Assembly (NCBI GenBank): GCA_043228905.1
Contig: JBHGNT010000014.1
Coordinates: 124,001 to 188,000 of the forward strand
DNA: 64,000 nt
Source of the DNA: Azolla caroliniana
Lineage: Eukaryota > Plantae > Polypodiophyta
Direction of reading: 5' to 3'
Positions 50,521 through 64,000 of the stretch are shown here, piece by piece. The notes below the pieces were generated by a model, which worked only from the letters and a program-made list of their open reading frames with translations, did not search any database and was not told the DNA's origin. Numbering within the stretch: position 1 is the stretch's first letter; every line of letters starts with the position of its first letter. The translations under genes and the position numbers were made by a program.

Positions 50521-53500
50521 AGCTTGACATCAACGTTGTGGAAACATCATGTATGCATCCTAAATGGATGCCATGAGATATTCCTGCTTGGCAGTAATAG
50601 TGCTAAAAAAAACTGAAAAAAGTGTGCTTTTGTGTGGGAACAACTGATCCAATAGGATAACGAAGACTTTTTTTGTACAGAAAACATCAAATTAAAGTAA
50701 GAAAAGAAGAAGGATCTTCTTGTAATTTGTTTTTCTTATGGGCTTAACTTAATATGGCACAAAAGGAGGGATTACAGATAGTTCATAGCAACTTCCAACC
50801 CGCGAAGGAAAGGCCATCAAGGAGGTTGGATTTCATAGCGTAAAAATTGCCGCTCCAATACAAGTTTCTTCTGCACGGCGAACTGATCTTCTTCATCTCT
50901 GTCTCTGTCTTTCATCGCGCCTTTCTTCCACGCAGATATGCAACGCAGAAAACGCCGCGCAAAAACAAGTTCCGTCGGGGTGGTAAATTGACCTTCTTCT
51001 TCTTCTTCTTCTTCTTCTCTGTTTTTCTCCTTCATCGCGCCAATCTTCTTCCATTCGTCTCGTTTCTTCTCCTTTTCATAAACGACCCAAAGGCATACAT
51101 ATATACTTGGTTATGAAATATACTCGAATGCATGGGCAAACATTCTTTTCCATACGAATGCTCACGAATGCATATGTTATCACAACATTCTTTTTCATAC
51201 GAATGCATAGGAATGCGTATGCTATCTAAACATTCTTGTCTTCTTTTTTTATACTTTTTACCTTAACTTTCTTACCTTAAAAGATATTTTACCGTACAAT
51301 AAATAATGAATACAAAAGTATGGTATTTACCATACTTCGAGTGTGTTTACCATACTCGAATTATTAAAACATTCTCGAATGGGAATGCACGTATGGTACA
51401 TTATACATGCTATCTATCTATCTATCTATCTATATATGTACGTATGTATATGTATATATGCATTGCATACATACATATGTACATCTACATACATATATGT
51501 GTCATGTATGTATGTACCGCTTGTATTAGTTTTCCTCGGATGTAAAAGTGGTGTAGTGTCTTCGTTGTAACAATTAGCGAGTTGAATTAACTAATGTTTC
51601 CAATACATTTAAGTAGATGTAGCATATCATCTGAAATATATGATTATAATACATTGCTGGTACAAAGGAGTATAAAAATAAGCTTTTGCATTAGTTTTGG
51701 GCCATCTAATCCTTATTCTTTTGCAGCCTTGCTTACTATTCTTCAAGTTTATTGATGCATAAACCAATTTGTGTGGGACATATTGGACAAGCACATGCTT
51801 AACCCTCATGTTTCTCAAGAAGTACTTCAAGAAACCATTATCCATTTTAAATTGGCACTTAATTTGCTCATAAAATCGTGTTGCAATTGCCTTATACTCT
51901 AATTATATTTTGATCTCTATGGTTTTTTTTCCAAAGCTCATTCCTTGGTACAATTTTGAATACTTTTTCTCAGTGTCCAAAAAAACAACAACAAAGAGTT
52001 TTCCATTGAAATCAACTTTCTTCCATAATTATTCTTACTATAACCAAATGGTCGATAATGGAGTGTTTTGTTTGGAAGCAACCCACTGCTTATTTGTGAT
52101 GATGTTCAATCCTTGAGCTAATATTTTGTTCCATGATAGTGATATATCACTTTGTTACATGCGTAACCATAACTGATAATGAGATAGGGTCCTGTAATCT
52201 TTCTTAATATTATGATGAGTACGTGTGGGTTAATTCCAAAAGGAGTTAGGTTATGAATTGAATATTACAATTCGTACAACGTGAGATAACCATTAATTGT
52301 ATTATCACTTGTTCACTTCACATAAAGTAATCTAGTGTGAAATCACCAAGGCCTAGGATTATTGCGTAAATAAGAATGCTAACTATCTTCTTATGAGGAA
52401 ACTTGATTGATGTTGATTCTATATCAATGTGGTTATGGCTCTTTTAGATATGCATGTGAGATCCTCATGGAATTTGATAGGAGAATAACCATATCTTATC
52501 CCATGGTAGTTTGTAACATAGTTTTCTACACGCAAGGATAAGATCGTGAGGGTTAATTGAGAGTGTAAAGAAGGCAAGATTTCTTATAATCCTAGGGATT
52601 GAGACAACCCTTAGAGGCCAAGTGTCAACTTGCTTCGAGCCTTGTGTTTGGCTATAAATGTAAGGCCTAGCTATCCTCATTGGACATACTATTTGACCAC
52701 ATTGAGATTGTGATCTCGTGGTGCATATACTATTGTGGTGAGCGCACATTAGTACTATTTACAACTCGAAACCATAGTGGTGGCATGTGGCATTGTTCAA
52801 GGCTCAATTGCGTGTCAATCCCTTCGCTAAAGAGTGGTAAAGTGGTTAGACACCCTCGTTCTCTCTTTACCTCTTTATTATCTTATAAATTTATTTCCTT
52901 ATTACATGCTTACATTAGCATACATCTCTAACAATGCCTACAACACTTCGGTCAAAGCCTCCACGTGAATAAGCCGATTCAAAGCCCTTTATAGATGTGA
53001 CTCCCCTTTTCCCACATGACCTCACCCGCACGAGTTACACTAATCGAAAAACCCACGGAAAAGGATAGTATGGATCAGTGTCCTTACCTTCAAGAAACTC
53101 AACCACTCCGTCGACAAGACATCCCCCACAACTTAAGCATCTCACAACAGTGACAGAAAAAACACATATGATAAGAGGCACCATGACATGAGGTTCAGAG
53201 AAGGTGGACAAACACTATCTATTTCCACATCCCATTTCACATCAATGCACATTTCACACATGAATGTTGTGGTGATGGGGGGAGCGCACATAAGGAAATA
53301 GGTTAAACTAAAATATATAAAAAAAATTAAAGGAGAGGACAAAAGTACAAAAAAGACATAGATCAATTGTCAAGAGCTTACTCTACAAATGGAAACTTTA
53401 AAGGTTTGAGTCTTGTTTGAACCATGAGAATCGAATGGATGTCAACAAAATGAATGAGGAAATTAAGCATCTCCCACTAAAGCGCTACACACAAACTTAT

Positions 53501-56459
53501 ATTTCTATTGTCTTTATCTACCTACACTCAAGCCACTACATGTAATGAAGTTGAGACAATCTCACTTGTATACAACATCTACTCAATTTTTGAACTTTTA
53601 TGTAAGTTGTAATTTTGATATCTACATTCAATTTTTTATGGTAAATCTCTCCTCTTCAACAAATATGATCAAATGAGGAACGCATCAGAATTTTCAGCTC
53701 AACTTTTTGAGCGTGGGGCATTAAGCTACTCAATTTGAGAGCTTAATTTTAGAAGGCAAAACTTGGAATGTTGTATCGTTAACCTTACCATGCCAACGAG
53801 GATTTCTCTATAATGAGTTTTTGGATCATGAATCCGACCACCAATGGTAAAAGAAACCAGCCAAATAAGGAAAAAGATGAGATAATAAGAATCGTATATT
53901 TGTTTATATCGGTTCCCATCCCAATGAAATAGATACACCAACTCGATATAGTTATACATACTTTTTTAATTTCTATAATTTTTGAATGAATCTAAATTCA
54001 CTTCTTTATTTATTTTAGAAATTATCCTGTAGTTTAGCTTATTGTTGGGCCAACCATCCATGATTGTGTAATTTGATTCCCATTAAAATTTACTCCCAAA
54101 AGCGGGTGAGAAGTTGGAACCTTCTCCACCTCCAACGTTTTCTCATCTCCTCTCTCTATCTTTTTCTATCTAAAATTTTCTTATTCCTCTACCGTTTCTT
54201 TTGTTTTTCTTTTATTTATTTATTTACTCGAAACTTGACACACAAATGAACCTCCAACTCACTAGCCAAAGGAAGAGGGATAAACTAATTTCCCCCAATA
54301 CCCCTTCCTTACCATCCAATACATTTCCCGTACAATTGCATATAAAATACCTAGAAATTGGCACACACAAGCACTCCTAAACATCTCACATATAAATACA
54401 CATATTCCCTTCCCTTTATCCTAATTCACATAGAAATATCTATGTTATAAAACACACAAATGTAAGCAAAAATTTACATTTCCCTCATTAAAATACACCA
54501 TGTATATTTTGTACTCACACACACATTCACACACTTATCTACACACACACATAACGTAATGCACACATATGCGCACACATACATGGAAGTTCTATATGTG
54601 TAGAAGAATCTTGAAAAGGTGAAATTCAACTCTTTGAAACAAAACCGATTGTGGAAATCAACATCTTTGAAACTGAAACTGAAACATCGCCAAGCACCAT
54701 CCTCTTTGGTTCAAGTCCCCGTTGATCAGTTTTACGTTTCACTCACACATGTATGATGTTGTCACCAAGTTACATGTGTTTGTATAAAACATGAGTGGGA
54801 CTACCAAGGACTTGTACCAAAGAGGATGGGATAATAGAGATTTCAGGGGTAGAGAGCAGGAAGATGTTAGATTTTGACTTGATTACAATAGAGTAGCGGA
54901 TTTAACTTCTCACGAATATCCTCATGTGAGCAAACCAACCAAAAACCTTAAATTGCTTACCAACATTCCCCATTATCCTTAGATCACCCTCTTCACTTAA
55001 AACAACTTTATTATCCATGAACTAAAGTGATACCTAATTAGAGAAGGCACCCCCCCAACACCGGGTCATTAAAAACAGGTAATATGTTACATTCTCTTTT
55101 TCATATCTTAGGGAGAAGTTAAAAATTGTCAAAATTTATCAACCAACACTAATAGACATAACACATGCGCACATGCTTTCCAAAACTAGTGCAAAATCTA
55201 GAAGTAAATATAATCAAGACCATAAAAAAGGTAGACCGAAAAATTATAAGTCATATATTTTACTCAAATCTTATATGAGGTAATAAGTTTAGACTAGACC
55301 AATGGAAATGTATGACATTGAGCACAATACATAAAGCACAAGAGGTCCTTTTCTCCTCCAGCGGCAATGTCCACTCCACTCCTCTTAATGACAAATCTCA
55401 AGATGTGTTGGAATTGATTAGCCCAATAACTCTTTGAATTCTATGGAAACAACGATGTAGGCGAGTCTTCTCCAACCAAATCGCACATCCAACAAGGTTA
55501 CTACAAGAGATATGGAGTGAAACTGTAGCCACTCTGAAGAGCCAATATGATGGCCTTAAGGGTGACTCCGACGGAGTGGAAAGACAACGAATAGCCTTCA
55601 TCCAACAATGGTCATCCTCTCCCTTTCTTGAGTCAGTGGGCATCCACATAAGATGGAATCATTGCATCCCTACAGGGATTTGTACATAATCTTTGTAAAA
55701 AATTTATAACTAATGGAAGGAGTTTTTTTTGGAAAAAAAAAAAAAAACATAAATCATACCCCCTCTAATAATTGTCTTCTACTTATCTTTTATTTATATT
55801 CACATATAATTTAACTTTTAGGAATTTGAGGAGATTGCAAGTAAGAGTTCATATTGTGTGGAAAAGAAATAATCTAGAGACACGTGCACATGACCTAATA
55901 AATGTTAAATGCAATCAATATACAAATACATTCTAATATTACGTTTTAATGAATGAGTATTAAATCAATGAGGAATTTGTGTATAAGATAAATATTAAAC
56001 CCTCTAGAATGATTCTCTTCTGCTATTTTTGTACGTAGCATCGTCAATGCGTTAAATAACCACTCAAGAAAAACATGTAGCAACAATTCACGAGTTAACA
56101 TGAACATTGTATCAACCCATACAATATATAAACTAGTCATGTTCAAATTATTGTAACAAATCATAAATCCAAACTATAAGTTAGAAGCTTAGACATATAC
56201 ATAGGTAATATAATACTTTAACTAAAGTCTAAACATTGAACAAGGCATACAACAAAATCTCAAATTATATATTATGTCAAATTAAAAGTTGTGCAATGAA
56301 TAGTGCACAAGTTTTACAAGGATTGTTTCTAAAATATATGTTGAACAAGACATGCAACAAAAACTCGTGATTATGTATTATGTTAAATTGAAAGTTACAC
56401 AATAAATATTGTTCAAGTTATATGTCAAGTTTTAATTTCTAAATTCAACATTCTAATCC

Positions 56460-58316
56460 AAAAGTAAGTTTGGGAGGGGGGCTCAACATGATCATGGACT
56501 GTCAGCTCAACATTTCTCTCATTCATATCCTCGATACACCCAACTGATTTGTTAGCATTTTCGGACTCGGAAACATCCTCTAAGTCTACGACATCCCCTA
56601 ATTATTCATTTATAGGCTCCATAGGTTCTCAAGATGTCATTTGGAACATCTCTATTTCGTAGATGTGCTTTGCCCCGATTTCTTGGTCTTGATTGGGACA
56701 ATCCCTAATCCTTGGATTGTCATTTTGATGAAATTTACTTGCTCAGGGTCCTTGTCCAATGCCACACAGTTCCAGAACATCTTCAATGCACATGATGTTG
56801 TCGTACCTAATAGTAGAATTGGATAAACCCTATTACATCAACCGAAAACTAGACTATATGTTCATTTAAAGTTACAAACAATAAAATTATATACATGTCC
56901 CAGAAAACAAATCTTGAACCCAATTGTCTGGGTTTGAGAATAGTTCGATTAGACGGTTTATAAGTATTTGTGGTTTCTGGTACGGGTTTACAAGACTTTT
57001 ATCACCAGAAACATTGTGTAGTTTCTTCGACACAGCTAGGCACATAATATAGTTCAAGACATTTCTCTCGTTCACATCTGCCCATGCCTTTTTCTTCGTG
57101 ATTGCATCATAATACCCCATGCAAAGATGTTCCATCGCACTAACCATTCTATCTCCTAGGCTTCATGTGATGTTCGTTTTGATCCTATTTAAAATGTAGG
57201 TTATTGATGTTTAGAATACATTTTGTACATAACAAAACAACTTTCTCGATTAAAAATAACTAGAAACTTACTAATGCATATGCTTAGTAGTATGACAACG
57301 CATCTTCAATGTAGTCGTGACAGAGAGTGATTGACCAATGCTATGAAATATCACAATTATCCACAATGGTGTCACGGTCAATTCGACGAAGTCCTTTACC
57401 ATCTTTTAGATTTGGGGGTACTTATAAGGCACAACGTCATATGTAGATACTATGATTTGGAATACATAAGGTATACCAGCTATCAATAGTGTGCAATGCC
57501 TCTTAGGTAATATTGTTAACATATCACCTACTTCCCTATTAAACACAATATAATACAACTACCAGAAAGGGTTGGCCCTATGTAAGAAGCTTTTGATGGT
57601 TTCTGAATCCTCAGGCATCTCCAACTCCTTTTCTTTTATCGTATGCTTTTCGTACTTTGCTTGTTCTAAATGTGTAATGAAGGAACTTGGGATTACTTCA
57701 TTACTATCACCTCCCTTTTTTGAGCGAGATAGTTTTTGCAATGATCAATGTGATTAGGAAATATCATAAGAAAGAAATCACTTAAAAGTACAAAGACATG
57801 TACCCATTCTCTAAACACAATGAAAAATTCCTCCAAAGCTTTAAATGATGATGTGATAGAGGAAGCCTGTTCTACTTCCTCCCTTGTTGGAAGGGACAAT
57901 TTCTTCATCATCAATTCTTGGATATTCATATATACTTTATGGCTAAAATCCAAATAGATAATTGGTCAATCAGTGAAGCAAATCAAAAGCTGAAAAAGAA
58001 CAACCAATGATTAATACTTACTTCTGAAACTCAATAACCATCTCGTCAAGGATAAATTCTTTTGTAGTCACTCGCAAAAACTACATATATAAGCAATTTG
58101 TCGTCTTTGATGCCTTGAACCAACCGCCAAGGAAGAAGCTTCATATCTTTTGGTAGTTCCTCGATTATCAAGTCACGTTTACGTGACTTTGACTTCATCT
58201 CTACTTGACGATCTACCTTGGCTTTTTTAGACCTTTGACCCTTAACCTCCTTTCGCTCCCACATGCTAACTATTTTATCTTGTAAATCCCACACCTCCTC
58301 AGTTTTGAAGGCTAGA
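56460..58316 (-). pseudogene. Intron-containing beta-class amino (N4C/N6A) DNA methyltransferase-like gene, degenerate, cut at its 5' side by a gypsy insertion
   Basis: TLLIAGIPY (motif IV-like, 57466-57477) precedes NPYQKPQILINRLIELFSNPDNWVQDLFSGT, intron 56894-56807, then TTTSCALKMFWNCVALDKDPEQ (motifs X, I, II); GT-AG introns; several stops and frameshifts. Confidence 0.75.
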
Positions 58317-59248
58317 TGTTATGTACACATAACGTGGGTGAGGGTAGGTCACTAATATTTACATTAGTGAAGGGTATGTTCACTATTATTAAAAAAGGGA
58401 CTAATGATTGGATAGAATGAATGATATGTGCATGCACTATCATGATTTAGACAACCAATGAATAGAGAGCCTTTTAGAAAGGCACATCTATTCAAGGGGC
58501 CTAGGAAAAGGTATAAATATGAGGCTTAGCTACCCTCATAGAGATCATCATGTCGGAAGGCTGCTGTCGTAGACACCGGTGGTGCGGGCTAGGCTTTCGT
58601 CTCGACGATCGTGTTTATCTCTTCCAAGGTATTAGTCATCCTAATATCCGGCGGTATGGGACGTCGGTGGTAGGTTGGCTATGTCTAGATCATAGCTCGA
58701 GGGTGGTCGGGTGGAACAGGTTCTTCTATCCAATCTATTTTCTTCCTTTTTACTTGATTTGGTCTATTGATTAGTAATAGACTCTTAACAGTGGTATCAG
58801 AGCTTTTACTAACAATTTTTTTGTTGTTTTGATGTTTTTTGCGTGTGAGCGAGGGGGATCTAACAAGGCTCGTCATGCTCTTCTCAGGATCAAAACAACA
58901 CTCTAAACCCGGTATTCTTCTTTTTTGATCTCTTCTCTTTTTCTATTATGCGTTCTTTATGGTCGAATCAAATTGGTATTACGTTTTATTCTCTTTCTTT
59001 CTACCTCCTACTACGCTACGATTTTACTTATTATTATGCATCGGGCCGAGCGTGTTTGCACTAATCGCACACGCTCAACTCATGGCCTTTTGCATATTGC
59101 GATATATATCCCACTCTCTCCTCTCTTGAACTCTTACGATAATAATTATTCTTGTGCATTGGGTCGAGCGTGTTTGCTCTAATCGCACACGCTTATCTCA
59201 TGGCCGTTTTGCATATGATGTTGAGTATACCACTCTTCCCCTCTATTG

Positions 59249-59560
59249 AGCCATCACTTGGCCGATTCTAAGGGATGATGTGGCCTTGACGAGGTGTATG
59301 TTGCCTACCTATGCCACTCTACTCTCTATTAAGCCATCAATTGGCCGATTCTATGGGATGTTGTGGCCTTGACAAGGTATATGTAGCTTACATATGCCAC
59401 TTTCCTTTTTAATTAGCCATCAATTGCCCGATTCTAAGGGATGATGTGGCCTTGACGAGGTATATGTCACTTACCTATGCCACTTTCCTCTTTAATTAGC
59501 CATTACTTGGCCGATTCTAGGGATATGTGGTGGTCTTGAGGAGGTGCATGTCAACTACCC
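59249..59560. repeat. Four 83-bp tandem repeats in the gypsy leader
   Basis: AGCCAT...CCGATTCTA.GGGAT units start at 59249, 59332, 59415 and 59498. Confidence 0.9.
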
Positions 59561-60674
59561 TAGGGTTTCGTATCTTAGGGCATGTTTGATTCCATACACC
59601 TAATTGTTGATTATTCTAATTAAATTTTAATTTCATAAGTATTGTTTCACTTATATGATTTTCTAGTAATTATTATTTACCCGCCCACAATTAACTCTCC
59701 TTTTTCCACTTCCTTTTCATGTATAAAATATTTACATCGTTTATTTTTAATGTAACCTTTACGTGTAGACTATTTTTTCGTATGGAGTGGCTTGTTGAAC
59801 GATTTTTTTTCAACGGGTCATCTAGGTTTAACTCTTATCATCAAGCCTTAGAAAACGAGTAAAACCATATGAGTTCCCTTATTGATGTTTTACTCATGGA
59901 TTTGAGTATTACATCTTTGCGCACAACACCGTCATCACTTGTATCAATTTGTGGCTTATGTCACAATTGTGCAAGTTATAACAATCATATTGGGATGTAT
60001 ATGTGCATACCTTGCACTTCCCATTTATTTGTGACATTGTTTTTTTCGTAGGTAACACATGGGTTCTTTTTTTTTACCCTTGTTTTCGTCACTACTTAAC
60101 TCTTATGAGTAGTGCCTTATTTTATCATTTTATCATCACGTTTGCTTATTGCTCGCAAGACTAGAATATTACTTGTGAGTGCACTTGTTTTTTCACGTAA
60201 TACACTTTCTCGACCATATAATACATGATGGGTTGGCATTAATATAAGGCTATCTAGGAAATTTCATTGATGTAAGAACCATGGTTGAGCCTCGGGGAGC
60301 CGCCATGATTACTCAAGATAGAGATCCGAGAAATACATCTTAGCTATGTTTTCCCCCATGGTTTTTAAAACACCATAGTGTTACCATAGTTATCGGATCT
60401 CGAATCACATCTCATATGTATAGAGGGGTAAAGACATGAGATACTTTCTTGGATAAAGTTCTTTCAATCAAAATTTCAAGCATTCATTTTGCTTGTGTAT
60501 TTTCTGAACCTCCTTATTTTATTGCATACCCACAGCGTGCATCATGGAACAAGTTTGAACGCAGTTGGAACGATCTCTCCAAATGAGACCTCTCAACCCC
60601 AATCCGCATCTCGCACACAAGCTGAGATCACTATTGAGCAATTGCTCACTACTACCTTGAATCAATTGGCCGAA

Positions 60675-63600
60675 ATGAGACAGGCCAATATGGCATTGGA
60701 AAAGAAATTCCAAGAATTAACTATTGAGTCCAAGAAAGAAGGTGAACCTTCCTTCGTAGTCACGCCTTTCAAGGGAGATAAGAAAGAAAGAACCGAGGAG
60801 GCTATTAGCACTTGGCTTGGTCATTGGGAGTCTCACTTTGAGCTTCATCCCAAGCCCGATGCAGTAAAAATTGGTTATGTCGGTCGTGAGTTAGGTGGTC
60901 GAGCTGCTGCTTGGTGGCGTGGCCTAAGGACCGCAAAAAACTTACCCACAACTTGGGAAGGTTTCGTTGATGTTTTTAAGAAACAATTCTTGCAGCCACC
61001 TTCTCAAACCGAACAAGTGCAACACTTGCTCACATTGTCTAGTAAGCCATTTACCTCTCTCGAGGATTATGTGCATCACGCTCGGACCCAAATCCAAAAA
61101 TCGGGACTTACAGGTGAGAAATGGTTTGTCGCTTGTTTTTTGAATGGTATTCCCAATGGGGATTATCATTGGATTGTCCATGACAAGGACCCCACAACTT
61201 TCGAGGAAGCCGTCAACATTGTGCTGCGATACCATAGGACTTCCAAGAAAGACCACAATAAACCTGAGTTCGCCAAAACTCCGAATGTCAAGTTCATTGG
61301 GAAACGTAAGCAATCCAGTGACACTCTTGACCGCGACTCAAAGAAACCGAACCTCTTCTGTGCATATTGCAAGAAGCGGGGCCACACAAAGGATACCTGT
61401 CGTCGTCTTGAGAGGAAGTCAATGAACACCCCTCCTCAAGACAAATCTACGAGTCACACAGGTGAGTCTTTTGATATTGTTGAAGTTCATACCAATCACT
61501 TAAGTTTATGTGAATGCACTTTTCCTTCACATTTACTTGGACCTAATGATTTACTCCGAGCAGTCGGATATATCAATGGAACACAAGCACATTTCTTGTT
61601 TGATTCCGGTAGTTCTCACAATTTTCTTAATGATCACTTTGTGCAGCAAATGGAGCTCCACATAAACGCAAGTGATCATATCTATCAAGTTCACATGGCA
61701 AATGGAAACGTTCAATACATCAGTGGCATTGTTTGTCAACTGCCAATTCAAATAGATACTTATTTGGAGAAGCTTGACTTTCATGTTATGAAATTACAAT
61801 CCGCAGATGTCATTTTAGGATATCCTTGGTTTTTTAATAAAAACCCTTCTTTGTCCATTGATTGGGTTAATCACTCAATCACATTTGAACTTAATAATTG
61901 TAAACATTTTATTCAATGTTCCAAACTTCCTTCTCATTCACTTGTGTCTTCTAAATCTTTAAGTGAGTATTCTAGTTCATTAATTTATTCGTGTGTAATT
62001 GATCCTGCGGTTCAATTTTATTATTTTAATATTGACGCCACACAATTACCACATTTTGAGCAACGATTACTCGACTCTATTTTAGAGGATTTTCAAGATG
62101 TGTTTCCTACTGAATTACCGCTTACTTTACCACCTAAACGTAATGTGGACCATCAAATTGAACTCATCCCTGGGGCTGCTCCTGTGAGCATTCCACCTTA
62201 CCGACTTAGTCGATTAGAAGAGGATGAGATCGCTAAACAACTTAAGGAATACTTGAGTATGGGCCACATTAGGTATAGTAAATCACCTTGGGGTGCGCCA
62301 GTTCTATTAGTCAAGAAGAAGGAAGGTTCGTGGCGAATGTGTATCAATTATCGCCGTTTGAATAAAATGACAATTAAGAATGCATATCCATTACCTCGTG
62401 CCGATGATTTGATTGATCGTTTGCACGGGGCTCGATATTTTACGAAAATTGACTTACGAACTGGTTATCATCAGATTCGCATCGCCGAGGATGATATTCC
62501 TAAAACCGCTTTTCGTACGCGCTATGGCCATTATGAGTTTTTAGTCATGCCATTTGGGTTGACTAATGCTCCAGCCACATTCCAACAAGCGATGAATGAT
62601 GTTTTCCGAGATCAACTCGGTGATTTTGTTGTCGTCTTCTTGGATGATATTTTGATATATAGCCGTACCTTGCAAGATCATGTTCAACATGTTCGATTTG
62701 TTTTGCGAAAGTTGCGTGACAACTCTTTCTATGCAAAACATTCAAAATGTGACTTCTTCCAAAAATCTATTGTGTACCTAGGTCATTTAATTACAGAAAA
62801 TGGCGTTGAAATTGAACCTTCTCGTATTGAAAAGGTTAAACTTTGGCCCATTCCTCGTAATATTCGTGAACTTAGATCATTCTTAGGGTTTGTTGGATTT
62901 TTACGAAAATCAATTCGTAACTATTCCAAATTGACTACGCCATTAACTGACCTTTTAAAAGGTCATCCACGTAAGTCTGTCAAACCAATTTCATGGAATG
63001 AACAACTTGACAAATCATTTGAGACACTCAAGGAGCATGTGTGTCAGGCTCCCACTCTTCTATTACCAGACCCTTCTAAGCCTTTCTTAATTGAAACCGA
63101 TGCTATTGATTATGCTATTGGTGCCGTTCTTTATCAAGGTGGTCACCCTATCGCTTTTGAAAGTAAGAAGCTTGATGCTGCTCAATCTCGGTATTCGGTT
63201 CAAGAGAAAGAGTTGTTTGCGGTGATACACGCACTTAAAACATGGAGGCACTATCTCTATGGAAATAAATTTGTGGTTACAACAGACCATCAATCATTAA
63301 AGTATTTTTGTGACCAGCCCGATCTTGTTGGTCGTAAAGGCCGTTGGGCTGACCTTATGCAAGATTTTGATTTTTCCATACGATATTGCAAGGGTTCTAT
63401 GAACACCGTTGCTGATGCTCTTAGTCGCATTAAAGAAGTTAACATGCTTAGCTTCACGGAAATAAAATCTGATCTTTTAGATCACCTTCGAGGGAAATAC
63501 CTTGATGACAGTTATTTCTCAAAATACTGGACGAAAGCCGAATCTGGTTTAGATGCCGATACTAGCACCCTACCCTCGAAGGCGACCTTTCACATTACAA

Positions 63601-64000
63601 ACGGTTTGCTCTACTGTAGTGGAAAGGTCTGTGTTCCAGATTTACCAAATGTTAAACAGAAAATTTTTCATGAATGTCATGATGCACCATCTGCTGGTCA
63701 TCCTGGAATACAACGCACACTCGTTCTCATCTCGTGTACTTTTTTCTGGCCTAAGATGCGCTCTGACGTGCATAAATGCGTAACTCAATGCTTACAATGT
63801 CAGATTAATAAGTCGGAACGACTTAAAGCTGCTGGTCTTTTACATCCCTTAGATATTCCCAACAATAAATGGGAAAGTATCTCGATGGATTTTATTGTTA
63901 GTTTACCTCGTACACAGAGGGGTCATGATGCCATATGGGTTGTCGTTGACAGGCTAACAAAATTAGCTAGATTTATTCCTACAAAAACCACGGTAACCGC
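60675..64000 (+). CDS. Single gag-pol ORF open to the window edge (frame already open at 60522)
   Basis: AAAWW and TWEGF gag motifs, [59 protein letters not shown]...[10 protein letters not shown]; the track lists no terminated ORF in this frame. Confidence 0.9.
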   Translation, partial: MRQANMALEKKFQELTIESKKEGEPSFVVTPFKGDKKERTEEAISTWLGHWESHFELHPKPDAVKIGYVGRELGGRAAAWWRGLRTAKNLPTTWEGFVDVFKKQFLQPPSQTEQVQHLLTLSSKPFTSLEDYVHHARTQIQKSGLTGEKWFVACFLNGIPNGDYHWIVHDKDPTTFEEAVNIVLRYHRTSKKDHNKPEFAKTPNVKFIGKRKQSSDTLDRDSKKPNLFCAYCKKRGHTKDTCRRLERKSMNTPPQDKSTSHTGESFDIVEVHTNHLSLCECTFPSHLLGPNDLLRAVGYINGTQAHFLFDSGSSHNFLNDHFVQQMELHINASDHIYQVHMANGNVQYISGIVCQLPIQIDTYLEKLDFHVMKLQSADVILGYPWFFNKNPSLSIDWVNHSITFELNNCKHFIQCSKLPSHSLVSSKSLSEYSSSLIYSCVIDPAVQFYYFNIDATQLPHFEQRLLDSILEDFQDVFPTELPLTLPPKRNVDHQIELIPGAAPVSIPPYRLSRLEEDEIAKQLKEYLSMGHIRYSKSPWGAPVLLVKKKEGSWRMCINYRRLNKMTIKNAYPLPRADDLIDRLHGARYFTKIDLRTGYHQIRIAEDDIPKTAFRTRYGHYEFLVMPFGLTNAPATFQQAMNDVFRDQLGDFVVVFLDDILIYSRTLQDHVQHVRFVLRKLRDNSFYAKHSKCDFFQKSIVYLGHLITENGVEIEPSRIEKVKLWPIPRNIRELRSFLGFVGFLRKSIRNYSKLTTPLTDLLKGHPRKSVKPISWNEQLDKSFETLKEHVCQAPTLLLPDPSKPFLIETDAIDYAIGAVLYQGGHPIAFESKKLDAAQSRYSVQEKELFAVIHALKTWRHYLYGNKFVVTTDHQSLKYFCDQPDLVGRKGRWADLMQDFDFSIRYCKGSMNTVADALSRIKEVNMLSFTEIKSDLLDHLRGKYLDDSYFSKYWTKAESGLDADTSTLPSKATFHITNGLLYCSGKVCVPDLPNVKQKIFHECHDAPSAGHPGIQRTLVLISCTFFWPKMRSDVHKCVTQCLQCQINKSERLKAAGLLHPLDIPNNKWESISMDFIVSLPRTQRGHDAIWVVVDRLTKLARFIPTKTTVT

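Larger units (their letters stand above)
58317..64000 (+). mobile_element. Ty3/gypsy LTR retrotransposon, chromovirus-like, 3' part beyond window end
   Basis: LTR 58317-58790 (TGTTA...TAACA, TATAAAT near 58513); iMet PBS TGGTATCAGAGC 58792-58803; leader of about 1.7 kb; gag-pol. Confidence 0.93.

Overview
Eukaryotic plant nuclear DNA, probably a fern or other non-seed plant (inferred from PLS-type PPR genes, GA microsatellites and the TE types). It holds one intact host gene, a 12-exon SAICAR synthetase (PUR7, minus strand, 25513-32041). That gene sits inside a decayed local duplication (about 8-25 kb versus about 29-50 kb) whose two copies give each other empty sites for five insertions. Mobile DNA dominates: an apparently intact GC-rich Ty3/gypsy element with a tRNA-Trp PBS and a predicted -1 frameshift between protease and RT (1-5916), a full-length Ty1/copia element with TSDs (35176-41106), a solo LTR, several L1-like LINEs, hAT- and MULE-like miniature elements, and a chromovirus-like gypsy (58317 to window end). 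PPR and MYB pseudogene fragments are also present. The most unusual items are (i) a spliced, degenerate beta-class N4C/N6A DNA methyltransferase gene (about 56.5-58.3 kb), (ii) a full-length U6 snRNA joined through 5 Ts to a LINE 3' end, with a fold-back extension at its 5' end and its empty site in the same window, and (iii) the slippery site plus pseudoknot at the gypsy PR/RT boundary. All alignments and translations beyond the supplied ORF track were done by eye.
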